A model generated the notes under the pieces. That model was given only the letters and a program-made list of their open reading frames with translations, was not told where the DNA came from and did not search any database. 64,000 nucleotides of DNA from Klebsormidium nitens (Eukaryota > Plantae > Klebsormidiophyceae), in NCBI GenBank assembly GCA_000708835.1, contig DF237010.1:191511-255510 (forward strand). Reading direction: 5' to 3'. This document shows positions 36,450 through 48,854 of the stretch, piece after piece (position 1 is the stretch's first letter; each line of letters opens with the position of its first letter). Made by a program: the position numbers and the translations under genes.

Positions 36450-38716
36450 TGACGTGTGCCTTTGGAGCTACTCGAGGAATGTATTATTCTTCAGGTTCCC
36501 TTTGACTGCAGTGCTAAGTTGGGCTCCAACAATTGTTGTAGCCGCAGGCCGCGCTCAAGCGCATGTTCAATGTACACGATCGTGCAATCAAGTTTGACAT
36601 GAGCCTCGGACCCTCCCAACATTGATGTAGCTAATACGTCTCGATCGCTCACAGTCGCATATATATGATCGACGCTAACTCGCATGGTTGAATTCCGCAC
36701 TGCAATGATCGTGCAGTATACAAGGATACGTATCCGACCTGCGTGCATGTCGAATGCGCCATGTGATGCATTCAACTCTCATGTGCATCTATAGTCAGTG
36801 ATCAAAAGCTAGGTCCGACTTACTGCATGAACGTGATCGCGTCTATTACAGCATCCGGCGGCCCCCCGGACCAGTCTCACATATACATATATACCGTCCG
36901 ACTGCAGCCTCATGCATATGTCGCGCGCGGCATGTGAGCACAGTATGTGCGCGCCGCGCCCGCGCCTCGGTTTTGCATATGCAGATTCGATGCGGGAGCG
37001 TGTACGTGCGCGCTGCAGACCATGCAATCACTTACACACCCGCAGATCTTAGTTTACAAAGCTTGAAGTCAATTATACAGTTCTAGATCCGTCGATCCCT
37101 TGTAACAGCCTGAACAACCTTTGTTGCGTTCCGACAATTGTTGAAGAGCGAACGGAACGATCGGCAACGAATATTTTGTAGCTTACTAAGCTCGTCAGAA
37201 GCTGTCCCCATCAAGTTCTGGACGGGCAAAACCAAGGTAACGACAATCGTTGGCATCCTATCGTATCTTTTGAAGGCAACTCATCAAGCTGCAGGAAAAA
37301 GCGTGCGGGACGCGGCGTAAATTGCGGACGAACGTAAGCGGCGTCAGCATGACGTCTCGCCTGCTCAAACAATCACGTGCTCATTCGCGTGCCCATTTCC
37401 GATAAGGTGCAAGTGCGAGAGGTGTCCTGCTTCGAGAAACCAATCTGCTAACTGGAGTACAGAACGAAGTTACTCCTCAAATGACTGAGGATCAGTGGAT
37501 TGGAAGCCGTTGGGGGATCGGACGACTTACTAGCTGCAATGTCATGGACACGCCTGACGGCATTTCGTCGTTGAACGTGCTCCGTCCTTCCTCTAAAACT
37601 GGTTCTGTGCAGTAATAAACCTGCAAGCCTGCAGGTCGATGCTCACTCAGAAGTCTGTGGACGGCTCGGAGATAGAGCGACGTACATGGTCAACCTTGGC
37701 TGTAGCGCCCTTAGCTGCTCAAGTGTCAAGAGATGCGATCAGCGTCTATACGTTAGTGGACGTTCTTCTTGCTGCTTCGAAGAACCTCAAGCAAAAATAC
37801 AAAATTTGGAAAGCAGTGGCCTTGTTGATCTTTCCCAGTTGTTCGCGAGTATTCCTCTCCCTTAGCTCGCTCAACGTTCAACCCAGCGCAACTTCGAAGT
37901 GACCGGAACCTGTCTCCTAGAGCTGGGCACTGTCGATCATTTGCCGCCTAAAGGGCATACGATGACACGTGGCAGCTCGAGCGCACCTGACCGAAGGCGG
38001 TGCCACTGTTGCGCTCCTGGCTGGCGTCACTGCGGCTGTCATGACGACGCCTTCTCGTGCAATCATTGTCTTTGTTATCCTGTGTACACGTTCCGAACGG
38101 GCGCTCTTCTTCCCGTTAGCAGAAGTCATCGCTCCCATGTCGAAGACATTTCGAGTCAACTTTTGCCGAAGCAGGGGCTGCCTTGAACGAGTCTAGACAA
38201 AGGTAGTAGAGCGAGACTCTCTGAAGCTGGTTCTTGTGCTCGTTATTATGCTTCCGTCTGGGGTTCCGATTCGATCCATTCGAAGCCTTTGTCCGAAGGT
38301 CGACGGCCGGAGCTGGATGCTTCAAACTTGTCTGAAGACGTGCCTCTGCCTGCAAAAAGACCGTTTGCAAAGTGCATTAAGCACTGAACGGCAGATCTAT
38401 GCGAAGTGAGCGGTCCGAAAGTCGCCTCTTTACAACGGGTCTGCTGCGCATCACTTGTCCAAGGGTCGATGACTCAGTTGCAACGGGTAAATGAACGAGA
38501 ATGTAGAGGAAGAGAATAACCAACTTCGAGCGCGTAACCGACAATGCTTCAACCTAAGAAGCTCATTTAGCAGAGGGTTTTGTCACTGGTAACAGGTCCA
38601 AAAGGGAAGTGCAAAGAAAACCTGCCAGTAGAGGCAACCGCCTTTGTCTGCCCCAACGCATATATCAAAAACGTCATCAGACCCATCAAGAAAGGTTTAC
38701 ATCCTGAGGCGCACCT

Positions 38717-39450
38717 TCACGAAACGGGCGTCCGGCTGCCACTTTCGACGCTTCCGTCGAATCCTGGACCGGCCACCGCAACCCGCCTCCGTTTCAGCAC
38801 CGGCCCCTCCGTTTCCACATCGTCTTCCTCCGTCATCAGTTCCGCCGGACGTGGCAGCGTTCGAACTTCGCCAACGGGCGTCCGAACTGGCAGCCGGTGT
38901 TCTTGCTCTCCTTGGAAAGAGTTGGGGGCGGGTTCCGTATCGGGTGCCAATTCCCACGGCTTCCGAACCTCTTCCTGGGGGGGTGTGAAATACTGCACCT
39001 CCCGCGCGTTCCACCAGCGCCACTTGGTGGGCCGCCGGGGATTCTTGATCGACCCGGCGGGGGGGGCGCCCATGGCGTGCTTATTCTCGAAGTAAGTTTT
39101 CCGTTGCTCAGTGATCACAGGTCTAAGGAGTACTCGTGCGCGAATGATGGAGTTTCTTCTCTTTGGTCCAGCTAATCAAACCGCCGTCACCTTTTGTGAT
39201 AGGCTGGGTGCTTCGAATCCAGCAACGATGGTACCACGGCATTGGATTGCATCACAACCTGGCAGTGGCCACGTGTGTGTACGTCAGCTTTCTATCAGAA
39301 GGTGTCGGCTGCTTGATTGCTCTTAATAGGAATGAGAAGAGGGCGGTCTACTGGTGCAAGAAGCGTGTCTCGAGTTCACCTCAAACGGCCTCTATTATCC
39401 TACTCAGAAAGTAGAAAGGCGTAATGTGGAGCGCACCCATTGCAGTACAT
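38717..39450 (-). CDS. Hypothetical orphan protein (putative 2+ exons, about 140 aa or more; 5' end uncertain)
   Basis: ORF 38717-39118 reads as coding (EVRTLPRPAELMTEEDDVETEGPVLKRRRVAV, NLS-like). It has an acceptor (ccttag at 39123) that joins in phase to donor GG|GTGCGC at 39437, giving MYCNGPVITEQRKTYFENK.. No family recognised. Confidence 0.35.
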
Positions 39451-40598
39451 GGACGACTCGTAGGACAGGTCCCTTTGCAGATGCCGCTTTTCTTGATATT
39501 GGCGGGCCGATATTGGGTGCTTGAAGAATTCAAACTACAGTACTGACATAGGTTGCTCGGACTCTTCTTCGACCCACTCTGCATAATGCTGTCGGCCTGA
39601 GGCAATGCTGTCCCGTCAACTGCCAGGACTGCTGGCAGATTGACACGTCCACAGACTTCTCAGGCTGTAGCCTAAAGCAGGTCAGTATTCGTGCAGATGG
39701 CGCTGAGCCTAGATCTGGAAGACGTACCAAGTCTGCTGGGCGGTCACGCAAGCGAAAATTTCAACCCACCAATGCTATACAGGTCCCTTTTGTCAACAAG
39801 ATCGTGATGTCCTTGGAAAGGATTTGAATGCAGAATATATATGCTGACTGCGCTGTGGCGGCCACAAGTGTCGAATTAAAGTGCAGAATATGAGAGTACA
39901 GCGGGATGAAGCGAAAGCGCCGACGTGCGAACCTCCTGAAAAGGCGGTTCTAAAGATAGGTTCGCTTTTGTGCTGCCTGAGCCGTAGATTCACGAAAATA
40001 TCGGGGATCCGACGTGAGATACGCAATGATCTTGCCAGCTGGACCGTGCAGTCATTTGAAAAGGTTCAAATGCCGCCAAGCCAGGCTTCTTCTGCAGGCA
40101 GGCTATTATAGCGAACACCTTGAAAGTTGACAAGGATCGCACGCCTCTGTTCAGGTTGAAGGTGGTAAGTTTTACTGGTGGCAGAGGACTCGGAGCCGGA
40201 GAAAGAGCACCCCCATCAGTGATCACTTCCGTGCTGATTGCACAATCCTTCTTGTTCCAACTCATCAAGTTGGTGTCTTCAGGTGGTCACTTTCTTTTGA
40301 CAACATGATTGGTGGTTTTGAGCAGCCATGGGTTCCTTTCTGAAAGCTGTTTGGTAGTTTTCCAGATTCTCAGAGCCCAAGTAGAGCCATTTGGCGGTAG
40401 AAGGTTTGGCGATACTTCATTGAAGTCCCATTTAGGTGCACTTTCTCTGTGAGCGTGCAATGCAGCTTTAGTCCTTGCACTTGCTACTTTGGCTAGCTCT
40501 TCATATTTGCAGAAGGTCTTAGAGGTGCGAATCAAGCCCATTCTTGTAAAGCAGAAAGCACCACTTCATATCCTTGAATGCACAATTAGTCTGGCAAG

Positions 40599-43500
40599 AT
40601 GTTGCAAGCAGGAAAGACCTCCCCCGCGGCCCTCGCAGAGCTCAAGCAGCGGGTGCTCTGGTCCCTGAGCAAGCTTAGCGACAGGGACACTCAGCAATAC
40701 GCAGTGGAAGATTTAATTGCGATTGTGGATCGGCTTACGGTCGATGCCATCCCAACGTTTCTTGCCTGTCTTTATGACACGGACCTCCAGCAGAAGAGCT
40801 TTGCAAGGAAGGAGAGCGTGCGCCTTCTCGGGATCATGGCGGCAGTGCACGGAAGGACAATTGCACCGCATCTTTCTAAGATGATTGCCAATGTGGTGAG
40901 CCATGGTTCATTTTGCAAGGTTTCTTTCAAGTTTCGTTTTTCTGCTGGTTTCTACTTTTTCCCTCCGTCCATAAGCAGCACAATGAATACGTGAAAGGTG
41001 CAAAGCAGCACGGGCCTCAGAGGCAGTGGTGATCAACAAAGTGCATTCTTTTTTTCAACGGAGTGGTGCAGTGATCCAACCCCAGAGAGTGATCTCTAGA
41101 AAGGATATAAAGAACGCATGCAGAAAGATTGAGAATCAAGAAAAGGATCAATCAGAATGGAAACGCGAGAGAATGTGATGGGTGCCAATCCCCAAGCGAG
41201 CCGTCTGATGGGGAGTGCTGACTGTCTGTCCAAGGTGAGCAGCAGCCACCTCGGCTTGCCCAAAGCTAGCATCTTTCCTTCCAGGGGTTTTCTTGTCCTG
41301 GCTTTTTACGTGAAGCCTACTGAGATGTGGTAGATAAGTTTGGCTTCCGCTTTGACATCCTAACCCAGATCTTTCCAGGTTGGATTGTGACCTGGCGGCG
41401 CTCACCAGAATGGAGATGTTGTGCGATCATGTAGGTCCAAGAGTTCTTTAGCACCTATAGGTTGCCCCTTGTTTCCCCGGCTGCAAATTAGGCTTCACCT
41501 GACCTGCTATTCATAATGCAGTGGTCTGACAGGGGGACTATCTGTCAGATTGAGTAGAGGGAGCATCGAAATGAAGTAGGCTGTTTCAAGCAGGTCTGCA
41601 AGTTATGTCTGGGCAGCCTTGCAGGCTGTCAACCCAAAAGTCCAAGGTCGGACCATGCAACCAGTGATAAAGTTGTGCAACTTGACGGCCAACCTTTTCA
41701 GTACCTGTTACGGTTCGTCGCTGTGCTCCCTAAGTGTGAGAATCGTTGGCAAGGCAACAAGCAAGAGGTACCTTCATCGATCAAGCGAAGAGACTCCTTC
41801 GTTTATGATCAAGCAGCACTGAACACCCAAAAGCGAATGGCGTACAATGCAGAGACGAGGTGCGTTCAAGTGCTAGGTGCCTGATTCGAAGGTTCTCTTT
41901 ATTCCCAGGTCCAACATTTCAAGGACCAGGACTCCAAAGTGCGCGATGCATGTGCCGAGACGATGGGAGTGATTGCCGCAGAGGCGTTCCCAGCAAACGG
42001 TGCCGCAGCGGACGGGTCCAGTCCACTTAACCCCCTGGGGGCGTTCTTCCGCCCGCTCTTTGAGGCGATGAGCGAGCAGAACAGGTACTGCAGTTTGTTC
42101 CTAGCTTTACAGGTCCTTTTAGATAATGAACACAAGGATTCGCTTCCAAAACTTCGTCGGGTCGGTTGGTCAGGTCCAAGTCGGCAAGTGCAGAGCTCAA
42201 AAGACAGCCAAAAGCGCCCCTGCCTGATGAGCATAGGCTTCTGGACTGTGCTAACTGAATCTCCCTTGCTAGCCGATCGATGATTCATTGCTGTGCATTT
42301 TCAGAACCTTAATTGCCCTCAGATTAAGCAGTACCTGATCTTTCTCCTTTTTGAAACACTGGTACCACCTTTGTGAAGGAAATCTTCGTATTCTGCCCTG
42401 CAGGAACATCCAGCTGACCGCTGCCGCGAGCCTCGGTCGCGTGATCCAGTGCACCAACATCCCGCTTGCATCCAGCCTGCCGAAGCTGTGCCCCCGTGTT
42501 GTCAAGTCGCTGAGCGCCCCCAATTTTCTGGCCAAGGCGCCCCTCCTGGACTCTGTCCGTACCCTGATTGAGGTACGGCTTTGACAACTCCGTGGGTTGG
42601 AAAACCCGCAAGAAGAGTAAAAGTATGCAGGCTGGAGCATGGTTGTCTGAGCTGTCTGCTTTGCCAGGCCTTCCAAGACTTGTGTGCTTTGATTCGTTTT
42701 GATATTGTGGGAGCGTCAATCTCCTCATGGCAGAGGACTTTAGATATGAAGGTTTTGATGCCTGTATGTCTGTCCCTGCCTTCAGCATGCAAGTATCAAT
42801 GCTTTGAATTTGTCACAACATGACAAACGCTTGAGAGGTTTGTACGGAGTCAGGACTTCGTTGAGAGGGGAGACGATCAGGTCTGAACTCCGAAATTCCC
42901 ATTGAATTTTTGAACAAGGAAAATAGCTGATCAAATGAGTCATAATAAGCGATCGTCCCCCCACCCATTTCAGGTCACTGGCCCAGACATCGTTCCCTTC
43001 TTGCCCGTACTGCTACCCCCAACCCTGGCGGCCTTTCTCAGCCCGGATTGGATGACCCGCAAAGCTGGGGCGCACGTTGTACAGCAGGTGGCAACTAGCG
43101 TGGGCTCAGCCGCAAGCGCGCACAAGGAGACTCTTGTGGCCAAGCTGGAAAAGCACCGCTTTGACAAGGTGGGCGCCAGAATAAGTTTGGACCCAGGTTT
43201 TATTGGATGTGGGTCTCGATTGTTGACGATTGCAAAGTTTGGCCGGTTTGCATGCGGAAGACGCTCATGCACTGTTGTCCAGTCAAAGGCCATCAGACTA
43301 CTCACCAGAGATTCGCACAAAATCCTTGCATTATCTGCTTCTTTATTGAGGGTGGCTCTCCGCACTAGCCAGGTTGTAACGAGCAAAAGCTCGTAGGTCT
43401 GCTGTTCTCGCACCAAGGCCTTCCTTAACCGCTCCCTTAACCCGGTGCTTATCCTTGTTAACCAGGTAAAAGCGGTTAGGGACGCCGTTAGCGACGCTCT

Positions 43501-46500
43501 GAATATGTGGAAGGACGTGGAGGACGCGCCGCGGCCCACGTCGTACTCGCAGTACCGACTGAAACACGGCCGACCATCGCTCGCGGCCGAGGTCTCAGGT
43601 GCGTGCTATGTGAGAGGCGGTGTCGGGATGGTTGGAAAACCAGGACACACTGTCGTAGCGCTTACTGCTAGCGGCGTACGCGCTGATTTACACATTGGTT
43701 CATGACTAGGCAATCATAATGAGGTGGCTTGAGGTTTGATGAGGCTGTTCTTCTGTGTGAGAACGAGGGCTCGGGCTAACGTGCCGAAGGCCTACAAGGT
43801 CCTTGGAGGCTCCTCGGGAAGATAAAGAGATCTCATACTACAGTAAGATCCCTGAGCAACTCTTAAAGAGTCTATTCTGCCAACAGTCCTTGAATCCGGG
43901 TTTCACGTTGACCATTTTTCCCACTGGTTATCCTGCTTATGCAGACCAAGTCGGCGAGTCCCCATCATCAGCCGACTCCCCCACCATGAGCGAGAAGGAC
44001 GATCAGCCAATTGCCGCAGATATCTCTACGCCCGAGTCGGTCCCGGAAGCTCCGGAAGCCAAACCCGTCCTCACGCCCAGGACTCCAGCCCGCCCGAGCC
44101 CCTCCCCGGCGCGGCCGAAGCGGCCGCCAACAGGGACACGTGTCAAGCGGACGTCGCTCCGGGAGATGCGGCAAGCGAGCCCCGGAGGGTGGGGGGGTAG
44201 CGGGGACAAGTGGGCGGTCGAAGTGGCAGTGCCGAAAAGTGCGCGGTACAAAGAGGAGGCGGAAATTATTTCGGGGGGGTCAAATGGGGAACACTTAGAA
44301 GGGGATCAGGGGGGAGGGAATGAGCATAGGAGAAAACTGGACATGAGTTCAAGCGATGTGGGAACGAGTGGATGGGGCGAGGAGGGCCGGCTGACGCGCG
44401 AGGAAGAAAATAAACCCGAAAAGGAAGGAAGCGGAAGCGAAATCGGGGAAGTAAAGTGGGAGAAGGGCTCCGAAAGGGCGCAGGAGCAGGAAAGGGAACT
44501 AGAAGGGCGAGGTTTGCACGGGGCGAGCCGCCTGCTAGAGATCGGTGAGGGGGGCGAGTCTCCGGTCGATCCGAGTCACAACAGGAGTGCGCGCTGGATG
44601 GACAGCTCCGTCGTGCGGAGCTTTGAGACCGTGACGGGGCAGAATGGAGAGGTGGATGGCGGCGTTCCAGGTAAATAGAGCCACTGCGAGTATTGGAATC
44701 GATCAGGAGATTTGGCGTGGCGAGGTGTGCTTGGTCAGTAACACAAAGTTGATATGGACACACTAAGAAAGTGCATTTCCACCTTCCGTCGTACTTGGGT
44801 GCGCGGCCACAATTGTACCTGCCTTTACCTGGTCGTAAATGTCTCGTTTCTGGATTATCAGCAGTCCCAAAAGTGTGCGTGATATGCTGAGAGCAACTTG
44901 ATAACTCCGCAGCACAGTGGAAAATTTTGGGATTGTCCCACGTTTGGCAAAGTGCAATCTTGATCGATCCGCCACGTTGCTCCTCTGCAGGCCTGCTCTC
45001 GGACAATTTCGGTGCGTTGCAAAGGGACGACTCTCACCGACCAAACGGGGCCTCTGTCGTACTCCCAAGCCCACGGGTTGCGGCCCTGGCAGGCCCGCTC
45101 GGTTACGAAGAGGCGAAGCCGTCCCCGCGAGAGCGCCGGAAATGGGGCCAGCCAGAAGTGGGACACTTGCAGAGCGGGGAACACAGCGTGCCTTTCGGGG
45201 CCGATGATCCGCAAACGGACCTCGCGTCCACTCAGCGGACGGAGTTCTCTCCCTCGGAAACGAGTCACGAAGAAAACGCAAACGCCTCGTATACGGGTCA
45301 GTTGGAAATCGCGAACGAGCCCGCGGGGTCCTCGTCTGGAGAGGGGCCCTCCAACGGGGTTGCGCAGCGGGCGGAGTTTGAACGGGGGCCTGCGGCCGCT
45401 GCTGAGGAGTTGGAAGAGCGATTAACGAAATGGGGGGGGGTGGCGCAGGGGCTGGCGAGGAGCGGCGGAGGGGGGGGGGAGTGGATCGAGGTGAAGCAGC
45501 AGCTGGCAAGGCTGGAGCAGCAGCAGGCGCAGCTGATGACCATGCTCCAGGTGGGTTCCAGTTAACCAACATTGCCCGGTTTACTTTTAACCCAAGCGGG
45601 TATCTTCTCAGTCTGGACATGACAGCTGGCTCCTACCCCTGCTGCGAAAACCTCAGTTGATGAGCGTTCGTTGGATGGAAGTGGAGCGTAGACATCAAAG
45701 AGGTGTTGCCGGCTGCCTATTTCGTGAGCTACGCCCACGAAACATTGTCAAGTTCCAAGTTTAAACTGGGGAGGCAAAACGGTGAGTATTTCCACCTTTC
45801 CTACAAGACGGTCGTAATTTCTTCAGACCTTCCTTCGCGAGGAAATTGGATGTTCACACTCAAAAAGTAAGTCCAGAGGTTGGATTTGGGATGCTCAAGT
45901 TAACTCTCTGCTTCCAGGACATGGTGACCCGGAGTCAGACCGCTCTCAACGGGGTCGAGTCTCGAGTGTCTTGGATGGAGCGTCGGCTCGACGAGGCCCT
46001 GTCCCAGCAAACGTTGTATTCCGGAGGTGGAGGCTTGGCGACGACCCCGTCGCCCCGGGCGCTCGACGGGGCCTTTGCCAGCTCGCCCATTTCCCGGCTT
46101 TCTCGTCCTCAAAACGGAGGTAAGGTCTAAAGAGGCTCAAACTAGACTATCAGGCGGTTTTTTGTTCGTCCTTTCATTGCTTGTTGTTGGCGCCTCAAGA
46201 TTTTGTTCGGCAGCTGCTCCCATAGCAAAGCGTATCTCTGGAGCACCATCCAGCAGTTAATCGGCGAAACTTTCGTCCCGGAACGGAACAAAGCCCTCAA
46301 GAGATCGGGTCTCTCAAACGCTAAGCATCACTGCTATCACTGCTACTGTAGCCCACTTCAGTTACAACCTGCAAAAGTATTTGCCACTGTGCAAAGTAAC
46401 CCTCGCCTATTTGCTCCAGGCGTGCGGCGATGGAGCGGCACCCAGTACTCGAACCCTGTCGCTGACCCCCCTGCCACGGAGCACCCGTTTTCCTTCCGGC

Positions 46501-47719
46501 CAAGCCCCCTCCGAGAACAGCTAACGAGAAAAAGCCAGGACGAGCCTTCGCCCAGTCCTTCAACTCTCCCGCTTGCACAGAGACCCCTCTCCGCCCGCTC
46601 CGGGCCCGACTTTGCTGACATCAGCGCAAGCCCGTCCGCCCACTACGCTAACGTCAGCAACGGGCTCCCCAGAGAGTACGCCGCCGTAAGCGCGGGGCCG
46701 CCTTTGCAGTACGCTGACGTTAGCGGAGGACGTTACAATCACGGCGACGGCGCGAGTCGAAGATTTGCGGGGGAAACGACGGACGCCGGGGGATCCCCCG
46801 CCGAGCGGGGGAGTCCGTTGGTGTCGCGGAGGGTCAGCGGGGTCGGGGCGGAGGCCGCAGCCCACGGGGCCAAGGCGTGGAGCGCCGCGCAAGAGTGGCT
46901 GCGGCACGGCAAGGTGGAAGAAGCGTACATGGAGGTGCTGAGCCTGGGGGACGAGCTACAGGTAAGCTTTGTGGTTGTTTTGGGATTTCGGGTGCGAGGT
47001 CCTCCAATCCGACCGCTCTTTGGAACGTTTGCAATTTGGCAATCCGAGTTGCAGGGGACGAGCTGCGTGCGATTTGTCAGCGGTTGCGTAGAAGTCGAGT
47101 CAGCGGGGCAGCTCTGCTCGTGAATCAAAATGGCGAAGCTTCAACTGAGTTTAGACATTTGCTCTTTGTCCTGACATCATATACCTTGCGAAGCCTGTTC
47201 GGCCCTGAAACGCTCAGAAGTCACCCCAGAACTAACGACCACGTCAGTGCCTTCGAAAACTCCTCGCTTCTCAATCGCAATCTTCCAATTGGAGCCACAC
47301 TCTTATTTCTACCGCAAAAAGACAAAGCCTTTTGATTTTCTGCACCTCCTCCGCTTTTACATCCCTGGCGCTGTCCCGCATGCAAATATCACCCATAACA
47401 AACCGTGCTGTTTCTGCAGCTCATCCGCCTGCTGGGGCGGACTGGACCGGTCCTCTTTCAACTTACCCCCCCCACCGCGGCCGAGGTCATCTCCATCTTG
47501 GCGGTTCTGCTGAAGCAGGAGAGCTTTCTTGACGTCATCTTGCCGTGGATGCACCAGCTGGCGGACCCCGCAAACGACGCCCTGCTGCCACGTGGCCTCC
47601 AAAGAGAGGTCGTGTGGGCGCTCCAAGTCGTGGCTGCGCAGCCCACACTGAGCGGCAGCGAGGCGGCCAAGCTCGTGACGACGCTGTGTGCGTTGTGGGC
47701 GCCCGCGTTTGTTGAGTGA
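40599..47719 (+). CDS. TOR1: Microtubule-associated protein TORTIFOLIA1/SPIRAL2 (HEAT/TOG-like N-terminus, coiled coil, C-terminal helical domain), multi-exon
   Basis: LKQRVLWSLSKLSDRDTQQYAVEDL..ARKESVRLLG, KDQDSKVRDACAETMG, FFRPLFEAMSEQNRNIQLTAAASL, DWMTRKAGA, LEKHRFDKVKAVRDAVSDALNMWK, WIEVKQQLARLEQQQAQLMTMLQ, LESRVSWMERRLDE-like segment, AWSAAQEWLRHGKVEEAYMEVLSLGDELQLIRLLGRTGPVL..ILPWMHQL. These are typical of the plant TOR1/SPR2 family (not the TOR kinase). Confidence 0.92.
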
Positions 47720-48772
47720 CAACACCGAAGGAGTCGCCCACAAGGTAGATCGCAGAAGAACTGCCGTCGTTAATGGTGCCTCGAAGCTTCGGACGACCAT
47801 GAAAGCGCATGCTTGGAAGATGAGTTGGAGAGTCCTGGTTCTGTGTTGTCCGTCGAATATTAACAAGAGTTGCCCCTGCGCCCTACTTTCCACTAACATC
47901 CGCCTCGATCCTGAGATCAGTGTTGAGAGATTGAGACCGCCCGTCTTAAGTCAAGATTAACCACCGCCCCTTCAAGTAGTTCGCAACGTCCACCAGATGA
48001 ACGCGTTATGCTAGTAGCGCAGACTCGATCGGCTCTGCAACAAGTTTCATGATCTTGAGAGAAGGTGTAACGACCTGCAACAAGAAAGACGTCAAAAGGT
48101 TGCAGGCGGAAGGCTGTGCACAGCAGCTAACGATTGTATAGAGCAGGACCTGAACAAGTATCAGAACTAACCTACCCCTGACCGCGTTAAGAAGACTTTG
48201 ACTAGGATTACTACAACACTAACCGGTAAGAAGTATCAGCATCCGAAAATAGGGACGCAGACGCTCACGAGTTGATTTTATCCCACCCGAGTTGAGTAGG
48301 TATTGCCCGGCACCAAACAGATCACGTTATCTATACTATAGCTGACAGGAAAAGTTTGTGCCCCTTCAATTCTTCTATCCTGGGCCAGTGTGCGTAGGTG
48401 GCCCTCCTGGGCGATGGCATTTTCAGTCTTCATGCAGGATTTGTTTGCCAACCGCCTAAAACGTAGTGCTTACGCCAGCGGCACATGCTCACATCTATCA
48501 GTGCACAGTGAGATGGCCCGGCCGGTGTGCAGAGCTACAGAAGCCCACGTGTAGGGTAATGTGTGGAAATCGCTGTGCGGTGACTGTATCATAATTGCCA
48601 GCCGTGATAGCGGCCGGCCGCTTCAGTACGTACACCTATAGCTGGCGTGTGAAATCAGCATGGCGCTGCGCACATGCGTGCCAGCCATATGGCACATGTG
48701 CTTAAAAGGGGCGTACCCCTACAAAACCCCCTTTCACCCGCTATTCCACGGACAAGGTGGTGCCCGGGGAAT

Positions 48773-48854
48773 GTCGGCGTAGCATAGTGGTAGCGCGCGC
48801 GGTTCCAAATGCCTCAAGTTGCAAGTTCGATTCTCGCAAAAATGTTTCCTTTTT
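48773..48854 (+). pseudogene. Degenerate tRNA-derived (Trp-like, CCA loop) Pol III element: tRNA pseudogene or SINE head
   Basis: A box TAGCATAGTGG (48780-48790) and B box GTTCGATTC (48825-48833) at tRNA spacing. T-stem GCAAG/CTCGC pairs 4 of 5, the loop TTCCAAA sits at the anticodon position, and a T5 terminator lies at 48850-48854. The acceptor and anticodon stems do not pair, so it is not a functional tRNA. Confidence 0.55.

Noticed and set aside
40287-40541. Minus-strand ORF MGLIRTSKTFCKYEEL.. as exon 1 of the orphan gene
   Set aside because: Its ATG is only 57 bp from the TOR1 ATG and probably lies in a TOR1 5' UTR intron (acceptor-like aagcag near 40554). I could not splice it cleanly to downstream exons.
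44160-45490. G-run-rich segments in TOR1 with G-quadruplex potential
   Set aside because: Explained by Gly/Glu/Trp codons in low-complexity linker exons.
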